Source: an uncultured Candidatus Berkelbacteria bacterium
GTDB taxonomy: Bacteria > Patescibacteriota > UBA1384 > CAJBMM01
Assembly: GCA_903954185.1 (NCBI GenBank)
Contig: CAJBMM010000017.1
Span: 1 to 58,405 of the forward strand
Direction of reading: 5' to 3'
Length of the DNA: 58,405 nucleotides
The notes under the pieces were generated by a model. That model worked only from the letters and a program-made list of their open reading frames with translations. It did not search any database and had not been told where the DNA came from. Every line of letters starts with the position of its first letter. Position 1 is the first letter of the stretch. Of this stretch, positions 1-9,120 are shown piece by piece. A program made the translations under genes and the position numbers.

Positions 1-3000
1 AGAATAAGCAGTCTCGACACTATCCGCATTACGAGCTTTCACTTCATACACGTAGTTAGTGTTAACCAAAAGGCCTGAAGTGACTTGGCCGCTTGCTCCA
101 CCCCAATTATTATATGTTTGCCACACCGCACTAACACCTAGCGTACCGTCTGCTTGAACATATTTATTAGTACTAGTCTCGTGAATGACGTATTGGGTAC
201 CAACAGGATTAGAGTTTACGGCAATCGTAGCCACCATGCCAGTAGTAGTTTGGGCAGATAGAGTCGGTGCTGTTGGAGCATTAGCTAAAGTATAAGCAGA
301 TGCAGTAGATGAAGCAGAGCTGTTAAAAGTACCATCTGTAGCGTGAACATGTCTAGTATAGCTTGTGTTAGGAGTTAAGGATGACTCGATGTAGCTATAA
401 GCAGTACCAGTACCAGCGGTAGTAGAAGAGTTAACTGTAGTAATAACACTTTCACTACCATCATGAACAATAAATTGTGTTTCAGTTGTTGAATTATCTA
501 CCCAATTCCAGGTTATCGACGTAGCGCTAATGGCCGATGCAGCACTAATTATCGGGGCCGCAGGAGGTACTGAGGAAGTCCCATCGGATCCAGAATTACC
601 ACCTCCGGTGCCACCAGAAACAGTAAATGTAGTGCAAGCAGTATATGTTCCAGAGACACTTCTTAATAACCTGCCTCCGCCTCCGCCTCCACCCTTGGTA
701 GGTGATCCTGCTCCAGCGCCACCATTAGCAGTAACCGCGCCGCCAGTGCAATCAAAATTTCCGCCAATATTTAAGCTAACTGTTCCGCCCGAACCACCAC
801 CTCCACCATAATTACCAGAGGAACCAGCAGCACCATTTGCTGTAATTGTACCTGCATTAATGAAATTTGAGGTAATGTTTAATATTACTGAACCACCACC
901 TGCACCACCAGCCGCAGAAACGCCGCCGCCGCCGCCAGAACCAATATTTAAAGGAACGGTCGATGAACCATAAGTCGTGCCCGCGCTACCAGGGCTTCCC
1001 CCCAAGCCCGCTCCGCCTACTCCGCCATATCCCGCACCTCCACCAGAAGAGTTCGAACCCCCAAGTCCACCAAAACCAGTGCCATTACCTTTTACACCAG
1101 CAGAACCTCCGGTATATCCAAGGCCTGCAACATCAATACTACCGCCACTATTTATTGTTAATGAGCCAATATTTAATACATTTTTATATGTTTCGCTAGC
1201 TACGTTAGCAGAATGATTGATTTTTCCGCCAGATTGAATTGTAACGCTTGAAAAAGTATCTCCAGATATATCTGCGGTAAGAATACCTCCGGAAATAATC
1301 GTGAGAGCAGTGCTTTGTGTAATTGTTCCCCGCTGAATAATTTGCGTACCTAAACTCCATGTTGCAGGAGTTGCGATAGTGCCAGTGTTGGTAATTACTG
1401 GCCCGCCGCCAGCCGCTCCAACGGCCGCACCAACATTCAAAGTATCTGCATTGTAAATATAGCTGTTGGTATTACCCGTAATCGTTCCGCCAGAATTTAT
1501 TGTGATCGATGTACCAGATGGAATCTGAAACATAGCTTTATTTATTACCGATAATGCATCAAGAGTTAAAGACGCTGCGTTTGTTTTTGTATATTTACCA
1601 GCAACAATAACGGCCGCTTTAGCATCGATCGTGAGTGTGCCATTAGTTTGAGAAGTCGATTTAGTAAATATTGTACCAGATGCTCCCCCTGCGGTAGTTG
1701 TAGCTGCATCTTGAGTACCAGTATGTGTATCAGTTACATAACCAGTTATCGCAATACGGCCGCCGCCAGCTCCCCAACCACCTTTAGCGTTGATCTGACC
1801 GCTTGTGCCAGCCCAAGCAGATGCAACTCCGGTCAAATTTATCCATACTGACCCTCCCGATGCACTGTTTCCACCGACGGCGCTATACCCATCGCTACTT
1901 ATAACTCCACTATTAGAAAAATCGCCGCCAACATTTATCTTGATTGCGCCACCACCACTTCTAGTTGTGCTCCCTGAACCTAAGCTTTCAGGTGCTGTTG
2001 TCGAACCATATGTTCCACCGCCAGTGCTGCTATTTGCCTCACCGCCATACCCGGCTCTATCGCCAGTTCCCGATCCAAAACCAGCCCCAAAACCTTTTTC
2101 AAGAGTATTGATCGTTCCACCAGAATTAACAGTAAGGTTTCCGGTAATCGTAAGATTTATTTTATATGTCTCAGCGTTAGTATTTGCTGTATGAGTAATA
2201 TTTCCACCAGATTGAACCAAAATACTAGCAAATGTGTCGCCAGCAACATCTGCAGTAAGAGTTCCACCAGAGGCGACGGTTAAAGCAGTGTTTTGGGTAA
2301 GAGTTCCTCTTTGAATCAAGCTTGTCGCAAGGCTCCAGGTGGCAGCAGTTGTTAATGTTCCACCTAAATTATTTGTAACAATTGGACCTGAAAGAGTTGC
2401 TGTACCCGATGAATCTAAAATCCCGCCGCTCGCAATATTAATAGCCGCATCGCTAGTACCACTTATCGAGCCGCTTGCAGCAATTGTAATTGTTGTGCCA
2501 GTAGGAAGATTAATTGCACCCTTGTTTTTAACAATCAAAGAATCAAGGGTTAAAGAAGCTGCATTTGTTTGGGCGTATTTAGTTGCACTTGCGTTGACGC
2601 TATTATTATCAATTGTTAGCGTACCATTTGTTTGAGCAGTAGATTTTGTATACACGGTTCCTGCGCTAGATTTCCAGTTGCCAATTGCCAAAACCGAGCC
2701 ACCCGTTCTTGTGTCGGAGACATATTCAGTAATAGCAACACGGCCACCAGCACCCGGTATTCCTCCGTTTGCAGTAATAACTCCGCTCGTTCCAGTCCAT
2801 GTGGATGCTCCACCTGTAAAATTAATCCAAACAGATCCACCAGAACCTCCTCCATCTAAATTTAGTCTCTGGGAGCCATTCGAAGAAATGGTACCGCTAT
2901 TCGATAAATTACCACCAATCGAAAGCTTGATTGCGCCACCACCAAATTGACTATACGCACCAGAACCAATATTAACAGGAGCAGTCGCTGAGCCATAAGT

Positions 3001-4479
3001 TACCCCATTAGTGCCCATGCCGCCATAACCACCAGCTCCGTTAACTACATTTCCACCAGATCCTGGCCCAGAGACTGAATCAAAACCCAAGCCATTGACA
3101 TTAATGGTTCCACCGCTGTCAACTGTTACATTGCCGGTAACAACAAGATCTACTTTATAAGTTTCAACGAATGGATCGGCTGTATGAGTAATATTTCCAC
3201 CAGATTGAACCAAAATACTAGCAAACGTGTCGCCCGCAACATCTGCAGTAAGAGTTCCACCAGAGGCAACGGTTAAAGCAGTGTTTTGAGTAAGAGTTCC
3301 TCTTTGAATCAGAGGAAGTGCAAGCGTCCATGTGGCAGCAGTAGTGAATGTTGCGCCCAAATTATTTGTGACAGCTGGTCCTGCTAATGTCGCTGCACCA
3401 GATGCATCGATAATCCCGCCGCTCGCAATATTAACAGCTGCATCACTGGTGCCACCAATTGAGCCGCTTGCAGCAATTGTAATTGTTGAACCACTAGGAA
3501 GATTAAACGCCCCCTTGTTTTTAACAATTAATGAATCGAGCGTTAAAGAAGCAATATCTGTTTGAGCGTATTTTCCTGTAGTTGAAATAGCAGTATTATT
3601 GTCTATAGTAAGTACACCGTTTGATTGGGCGGTTGATTTTGTATAAACAGTTCCTGCGCTACTATTAGAGCCAGTAGCTAATACAGACCCCCCCGTTCTT
3701 GTATCAGAGACATATTCAGTAACAGCAACACGTCCACCGGCACCATATGAAATTCCACTAGCCGTAACTATTCCGCTCGTTCCAGTCCATGTAGATGCTC
3801 CACCTGTAAAATTAATCCAAACAGATCCACCAGAACCCCCGTTCGTCGAAGTAACTCCTCCGTTGGCGGTAATTGTCCCACTGTTAACTAAATTACCAGC
3901 AATATTAATCTTAACAGCTCCTCCACCAACCGAGTTATATGCACCAGAGCCTAAACTTACAGGAGCAATAGCCGATCCATATGTTACACCACTCGTAGAC
4001 ATTCCACCGTATCCACCACCAGTCCATGAACCATTGGGTCCAGATCCGGGGCCAGTACCACCATAGCCTTTAGCGTCTGCACTAATTTTTGAGCCCGTAT
4101 CAATCGTAACATCACTCGCAACTGTAAAAGTTACGCCAGTTCCAGCGGTTATATCACCACTTGTAATAAGTGTGGAATTACCCGTCACATATATGCCATT
4201 TCCTGCCGCAGCCGTAAGTGCAATTGTTGTGTTACCCGCAATTGTAAGCGTTGCCCCAGAATTTACCGTAAGAGAGCTACATGAATAATCTCCTTGCGCC
4301 CAAGAAGTATTTGCGGAGATAGTAATATCGCCAGCTCCTCCAGGGCAATCAGACAAAGCATATACTTTAGTACTGCCATGGTAGTAGACACTTGCAAAAA
4401 GCACAACAAAAATAATTGCAAAACGAGCAAAGGCCCGTAGGATGCTTTGAAATAGTTGCCTGCTATCTTTGTTTCCCAC
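1..4479 (-). CDS. Giant surface/secreted repeat protein. The 5' end is present and the 3' end lies beyond the window (>=1493 aa here). It has a signal anchor, tandem ~330-aa Gly-rich beta-solenoid-like modules, and FN3-like modules.
   Basis: The minus frame is open from GTG 4479 (alternative TTG 4491) to position 1. I translated both ends and the 1140-1220 stretch and found no stops. The ORF track omits it because there is no stop in the window. The N-terminus reads MGNKDSRQLFQSILRAFARFAIIFVVLFASVYY, then GATLTIAGNTTI, GYGG, GGGAVKINIAGNL and GSGGSVWINFTG motifs. The last codons read NTNYVYEVKARNADSVETAYS, an FN3-like Y.V.A.N motif. The plus-strand Pro-rich ORFs are its mirror image. Confidence 0.8.
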   Translation of the reverse strand, partial: MGNKDSRQLFQSILRAFARFAIIFVVLFASVYYHGSTKVYALSDCPGGAGDITISANTSWAQGDYSCSSLTVNSGATLTIAGNTTIALTAAAGNGIYVTGNSTLITSGDITAGTGVTFTVASDVTIDTGSKISADAKGYGGTGPGSGPNGSWTGGGYGGMSTSGVTYGSAIAPVSLGSGAYNSVGGGAVKINIAGNLVNSGTITANGGVTSTNGGSGGSVWINFTGGASTWTGTSGIVTASGISYGAGGRVAVTEYVSDTRTGGSVLATGSNSSAGTVYTKSTAQSNGVLTIDNNTAISTTGKYAQTDIASLTLDSLIVKNKGAFNLPSGSTITIAASGSIGGTSDAAVNIASGGIIDASGAATLAGPAVTNNLGATFTTAATWTLALPLIQRGTLTQNTALTVASGGTLTADVAGDTFASILVQSGGNITHTADPFVETYKVDLVVTGNVTVDSGGTINVNGLGFDSVSGPGSGGNVVNGAGGYGGMGTNGVTYGSATAPVNIGSGAYSQFGGGAIKLSIGGNLSNSGTISSNGSQRLNLDGGGSGGSVWINFTGGASTWTGTSGVITANGGIPGAGGRVAITEYVSDTRTGGSVLAIGNWKSSAGTVYTKSTAQTNGTLTIDNNSVNASATKYAQTNAASLTLDSLIVKNKGAINLPTGTTITIAASGSISGTSDAAINIASGGILDSSGTATLSGPIVTNNLGGTLTTAATWSLATSLIQRGTLTQNTALTVASGGTLTADVAGDTFASILVQSGGNITHTANTNAETYKINLTITGNLTVNSGGTINTLEKGFGAGFGSGTGDRAGYGGEANSSTGGGTYGSTTAPESLGSGSTTRSGGGAIKINVGGDFSNSGVISSDGYSAVGGNSASGGSVWINLTGVASAWAGTSGQINAKGGWGAGGGRIAITGYVTDTHTGTQDAATTTAGGASGTIFTKSTSQTNGTLTIDAKAAVIVAGKYTKTNAASLTLDALSVINKAMFQIPSGTSITINSGGTITGNTNSYIYNADTLNVGAAVGAAGGGPVITNTGTIATPATWSLGTQIIQRGTITQSTALTIISGGILTADISGDTFSSVTIQSGGKINHSANVASETYKNVLNIGSLTINSGGSIDVAGLGYTGGSAGVKGNGTGFGGLGGSNSSGGGAGYGGVGGAGLGGSPGSAGTTYGSSTVPLNIGSGGGGGVSAAGGAGGGSVILNITSNFINAGTITANGAAGSSGNYGGGGGSGGTVSLNIGGNFDCTGGAVTANGGAGAGSPTKGGGGGGGRLLRSVSGTYTACTTFTVSGGTGGGNSGSDGTSSVPPAAPIISAASAISATSITWNWVDNSTTETQFIVHDGSESVITTVNSSTTAGTGTAYSYIESSLTPNTSYTRHVHATDGTFNSSASSTASAYTLANAPTAPTLSAQTTTGMVATIAVNSNPVGTQYVIHETSTNKYVQADGTLGVSAVWQTYNNWGGASGQVTSGLLVNTNYVYEVKARNADSVETAYS
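1213..4176 (-). repeat. In-frame tandem coding repeats inside the giant protein gene (units ~978-993 nt)
   Basis: Homologous anchor strings start at 1213, 2191 and 3184, giving offsets of 978 and 993 nt (326 and 331 codons). Positions 2186-2318 and 3179-3311 differ at only 4 of 133 positions. Confidence 0.75.
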
Positions 4480-4835
4480 CTTAAACCCCAACTTCTAATT
4501 TAATTAATTATAACATATAAACACTCGTAGTTGCGAGAAAATAATAATAACCTAAAATGTGATTTATTACTCGTGATGAACCGCGGACATAGAAAGACTC
4601 TCGAGATTGACTAATAGATTTTTGTCCACAGCTGCCATTCAATTTAATCTATCATATATTGAGCATAAAATAGTTGCCATGTCTACAGAATGGCTTGAAA
4701 ATAGATAATAATCATATTTTCAATAGTGACATTAATACAAACTTGAATCTCCAGTTGGCGACTTGCATTTTGTGCTACTCATTCTCACTTAATCAAATAT
4801 CGCCAAACGATTTCTGCACGTTTATAAAAGATACA

Positions 4836-4940
4836 CCCCCAACCGACGCATCGGCTGGGGGCGGCCAGACCCAATAGTCTCACCCGTTGATCGTATTGAT
4901 CATGGGCAATGCTCCTTTCTGAGAGTAAGGAGGTGTCTCG
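4836..4940. other. GC-rich structured island (candidate small RNA or leader, strand unresolved)
   Basis: Hairpin CCCCCAACCGA-CGCA-TCGGCTGGGGG lies at 4836-4861. Further stems are CCC..GATCGTATTGATC..GGG and CTCCTT-N9-AAGGAG. It is followed by an AT-only hairpin at about 4954-4975. The flanks are strongly AT-rich. Confidence 0.3.
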
Positions 4941-5022
4941 ATATTAATATACACTTTTTTGCAAAACAAAAAAGCGGATTTCTCTACTCGTTTCACAACG
5001 ATGGCTGTGTTATATTTTAGCT

Positions 5023-5829
5023 ATGGAAATTATTGATCAATGCCACAGCTTACTTAAAGCATACAAAACAGGTAAATTGGGCGAATGCCCCATGCCAGAA
5101 GACAGTAATCCTGGTAATTTTGCTAATGCAGAGGAAAGGCTGGTATATTTTACACTACCCATGGCACTTAATTACCAGCGAAATAGTTACAGTTTATGAC
5201 AAGCTGCATTAAATACATATATGGATGCGGAAACGAAAGATGCATTTGATATTAAAGCCGTGCAAGAAATGCCGCCAGATATACTAAAAGAAAAGCTTCT
5301 TAAGTACAAATTAGCCCTCCAACCTAACAAACACACGCATACCTGGCAAACTATCTCACAAACAATTTATAATAATTGGGGCTCTATTGAAAATTTATTT
5401 GCGTCAACTGACGCCAATACCTGTCATCCTGAGGGTACCGAAGGATCTCCTTATCATCAAAAAGTACTAATTGACGCATACTCCGCCGACTTTCTTCAAC
5501 TTAAACAATTAATCCAGCACAAATACAAAAGGGACTTTCCTTACCTTTCTGGCCCTAAGATTTTTAATTATTGGTCATTTATTATTAGTACCTATGGCAA
5601 AGTAAACATGAAAAATCGGGAATATATTAGCATTGCGCCAGACACCCACATAATTCAGGCATCGTTCAAATTAGGGGTAATTACGCAGGTAGAAGCAGAT
5701 AAGCTTTCGCGCGATGAAATTGCTGAACGCTGGCGTATTTTGCTCGCCGGTTCCGGTATCAATCCAATAGACATGCACGCTCCCCTTTGGTTCTGGAGCC
5801 ATAACGCATTCAATGATATCCATGTATGA
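5023..5829 (+). pseudogene. HhH-GPD-like (DNA glycosylase-like) gene interrupted by an in-frame TGA at 5197-5199; the family assignment is tentative
   Basis: ATG 5023 is in the same frame as track ORF 5221..5829. There are 58 sense codons (MEIIDQCHSLLKAYKTGKLGECPMP...LNYQRNSYSL), then TGA, then QAALNTYMDAETKD. The motif FPYLSGPKIFNYW and the C-terminal LWFW resemble uncharacterised HhH-GPD-type proteins, judged from memory only. Confidence 0.5.
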
Positions 5830-5903
5830 AGGCTTTGGGGACATTATTTAATTGGTCTGCAATAAATTTATTTTTTATATAGTATTACTATAAAAGGTGT
5901 ATA

Positions 5904-6074
5904 ATGATAAAAAAGAGGAAAATGAGCAAATTAATAGAGAAGACATCCAAACAAGATATAAATCCTAAGAACACGAAAGAGCTTGAGGATGCCTTAAAGT
6001 ATCTGCAAAATACCAGTAAACCCGGCCTCACTTGGCAAGATTTGCTAAAACCTAAATATGAAACTGACCATTGA
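5904..6074 (+). CDS. Small ORF upstream of and overlapping the PIN gene (candidate antitoxin)
   Basis: ATG 5904 is preceded by AAGGTG (alternative ATG 5922 preceded by GAGG). The stop is TGA 6072-6074, and the ORF overlaps the PIN ORF start (6058) by 17 nt. It is below the ORF-track size cut-off. Confidence 0.45.
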   Translation: MIKKRKMSKLIEKTSKQDINPKNTKELEDALKYLQNTSKPGLTWQDLLKPKYETDH

Positions 6075-6480
6075 TAGTTCTATTTTTGTCGAGGCGGTTG
6101 TTAAGGGCACTCATGGATCGCTGTGCTACGATTTACTAATTACTGCTTACAAAAAGAAATTGGTAGAAATAATCGAACCCAGCTTATTATTTTTTGAGTT
6201 CACAAACGCCGTTACAAGGAGCGCGCCGGAAACTAACACGAGGAAAGATAAACAATTAAGAATCGATAACTCATTAAAAATATGTGACGCATTTGAGAAT
6301 AGAGAAAACACGCATTATTACAGCCTAGATAACGATTTCTGGAAAGTTTGGCGCGGACATATTAAACAAAAACCGGAGCTCGTTGCTCACAAAACTCAAG
6401 ACGAGCTTTTTCTGATAGTAGCTTATTTGGCTAATTCTACACTCGTTACACTTGATACAACACTATTAAGAATAGAATAA
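6058..6480 (+). CDS. PIN-domain protein (VapC-like toxin candidate)
   Basis: The N-terminal MKLTIDSSIF carries the conserved Asp. PSLLFFEFTNAV and the C-terminal LVTLDTTLL follow the PIN acidic-residue pattern. It sits next to an overlapping small ORF. Confidence 0.55.
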   Translation: MKLTIDSSIFVEAVVKGTHGSLCYDLLITAYKKKLVEIIEPSLLFFEFTNAVTRSAPETNTRKDKQLRIDNSLKICDAFENRENTHYYSLDNDFWKVWRGHIKQKPELVAHKTQDELFLIVAYLANSTLVTLDTTLLRIE

Positions 6481-6552
6481 ATGTATGATGGGTAATGTAA
6501 AAGTCATTTCCCCGTATGACTGTTTAAAATTAATTCAAGAACTTAACTAAAC

Positions 6553-6581
6553 AAAAAAGCGGAGAATACTGCCGCTTTTTT
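6553..6581. terminator. Bidirectional intrinsic terminator between the convergent PIN gene and groEL
   Basis: The sequence is AAAAAA-GCGGAG-AATA-CTGCCGC-TTTTTT, a GC stem flanked by an A-run and a T-run. Confidence 0.6.
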
Positions 6582-6593
6582 GCTTTGAGTTAT

Positions 6594-6613
6594 GGGCGAT
6601 TCGTGAATCGCCC
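6594..6613 (-). terminator. Hairpin just downstream of the groEL stop
   Basis: GGGCGATTC-GT-GAATCGCCC has perfect 9-nt arms and lies 34 nt past the groEL TAG. Confidence 0.4.
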
Positions 6614-6646
6614 CTTCATATCACTCTCTACCACCTACAACCTAAC

Positions 6647-8314
<1,668 letters not shown>

Positions 8315-8346
8315 TTATGTTTAATTTGATCTAGATGTCTTACTCA

Positions 8347-8440
8347 ATAAATGATGAATGATAAATGATTAATAATGAATCAATTTTGAAATTCGAAATT
8401 AAGATTTTACTCATCATTCGTTATTATAAATTCATAATTT
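8347..8440. repeat. Palindromic AT-rich repeat element (family A) filling the groES-groEL spacer
   Basis: The left arm aatgatgaatgataaatgattaataatgaat pairs with the right arm actcatcattcgttattataaattcataatt. The core caattttgaaattcgaaatt is shared with the elements at 16741-16877 and 22276-22610. Confidence 0.6.
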
Positions 8441-8445
8441 TAGGA

Positions 8446-8730
8446 TTATTCGATCACTCCAAGTATGTCTGACTCGGATAAAACGTACATTTCTTCGCCA
8501 TCTACTTTTATTTCTGTCGGGCCGTATTTGCTAAACATAACAGTTTGACCAACTTTAACTTCCATTGGTACCAATGTACCATCATCGAATTTACCAACGC
8601 CTACTGCAATAACTTTGCCTTCTTGTGGTTTTTCTTTAACGGTATCTGGCAATACAATTCCACCCTTAGACATTTCTTCCTTAGCTAAAGGATTGACCAA
8701 TACACGGTCTCCTAAAGGTTTGAATGACAT
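8446..8730 (-). CDS. groES: Co-chaperonin GroES (10 kDa)
   Basis: The protein starts MSFKPLGDRVLV. I prefer ATG 8730 over the track start 8751 because AGGAG lies 5 nt upstream of it. Confidence 0.93.
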   Translation of the reverse strand: MSFKPLGDRVLVNPLAKEEMSKGGIVLPDTVKEKPQEGKVIAVGVGKFDDGTLVPMEVKVGQTVMFSKYGPTEIKVDGEEMYVLSESDILGVIE

Positions 8731-8754
8731 ACGAACTCCTTTCATATTCAATTT

Positions 8755-8860
8755 TCAATTAATGTAACAATTATTCAATTCTCAATCGATACTATTTATA
8801 TACTTATATTGAGCCATTGAAGCGTTGGTAATTCATTGAAAATTGATAATTGATAATTGA
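8755..8860. repeat. Palindromic AT-rich element (family B, caattttcaat / attgaaaattg type) upstream of groES
   Basis: The left arm caattttcaattaatg pairs with the right arm attcattgaaaattgataattgataattg. The right arm is nearly identical to 32291-32318. Confidence 0.5.
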
Positions 8861-8900
8861 CATTTACTCAAAAGGATTTTAATCCTTGTGAGATTAAATG
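8861..8900. promoter_or_regulatory. 40-bp near-perfect palindrome about 150 nt upstream of groES (candidate operator, or a hairpin)
   Basis: The sequence is catttaCTCAAAAGGATTttAATCCTTGTGAGattaaatg. The core has 12-nt arms with one mismatch and a 2-nt spacer. Confidence 0.4.
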
Positions 8901-8949
8901 TCAAGTATACTTTACGTTAAAAACTAAAATGTAGTTGCAAACATCTAAT

Positions 8950-9051
8950 TGGTTTACCCTCCTTTTCAAGGAGGGGTTAGGCGCCGCCCAGAGGGCCGCC
9001 GGCTAGAAGCCTCTGGCTGGCAGCTCTACCCGGCGGGGGGTGGTTAAACCA
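8950..9051. other. GC-rich structured island (candidate small RNA, or a complex 3' structure)
   Basis: The closing stem is TGGTTTA/TAAACCA. Internal hairpins are CCCTCCTT-ttc-AAGGAGGG and CCAGAGG..CCTCTGG. It is roughly 65-70% G+C between AT-rich flanks. Confidence 0.35.
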
Positions 9052-9076
9052 AATATTGTATAATTTAATCTTCCGC

Positions 9077-9120
9077 AATTCTGCACATGTAGTGAGCCTG
9101 TCGAACCTATTCTGCATTCT
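9077..9120. repeat. 44-nt direct repeat, copy A (straddles the stop codon of the 9107..10042 ORF)
   Basis: aattctgcacatgtagtgagcctgtcgaacctattctgcattct matches copy B at 42 of 44 positions. Confidence 0.8.

Noticed and set aside
530-4066. Plus-strand ORFs with extreme Pro/Ala/Val content (for example 530..811, 977..1216, 1805..2194, 2678..2950, 3863..4066)
   Set aside because: They are the antisense reading of the Gly/Thr/Ser/Asn-rich minus-strand gene (GGN codons read as NCC). The minus frame is continuous over the whole region and has a coherent domain structure.
5197-5199. Genome-wide reassignment of TGA (code 4 Trp or code 25 Gly) as the explanation for the in-frame TGA
   Set aside because: TGA terminates several well-defined genes, with the next gene starting within 0-7 nt (35756-35758, 37907-37909, 45840-45842, 58167-58169). 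No other conserved gene here contains an internal TGA.
8861-8900. Calling the groES-upstream palindrome a CIRCE element
   Set aside because: It does not match TTAGCACTC-N9-GAGTGCTAA. The spacer is 2 nt and the arm sequence is different.
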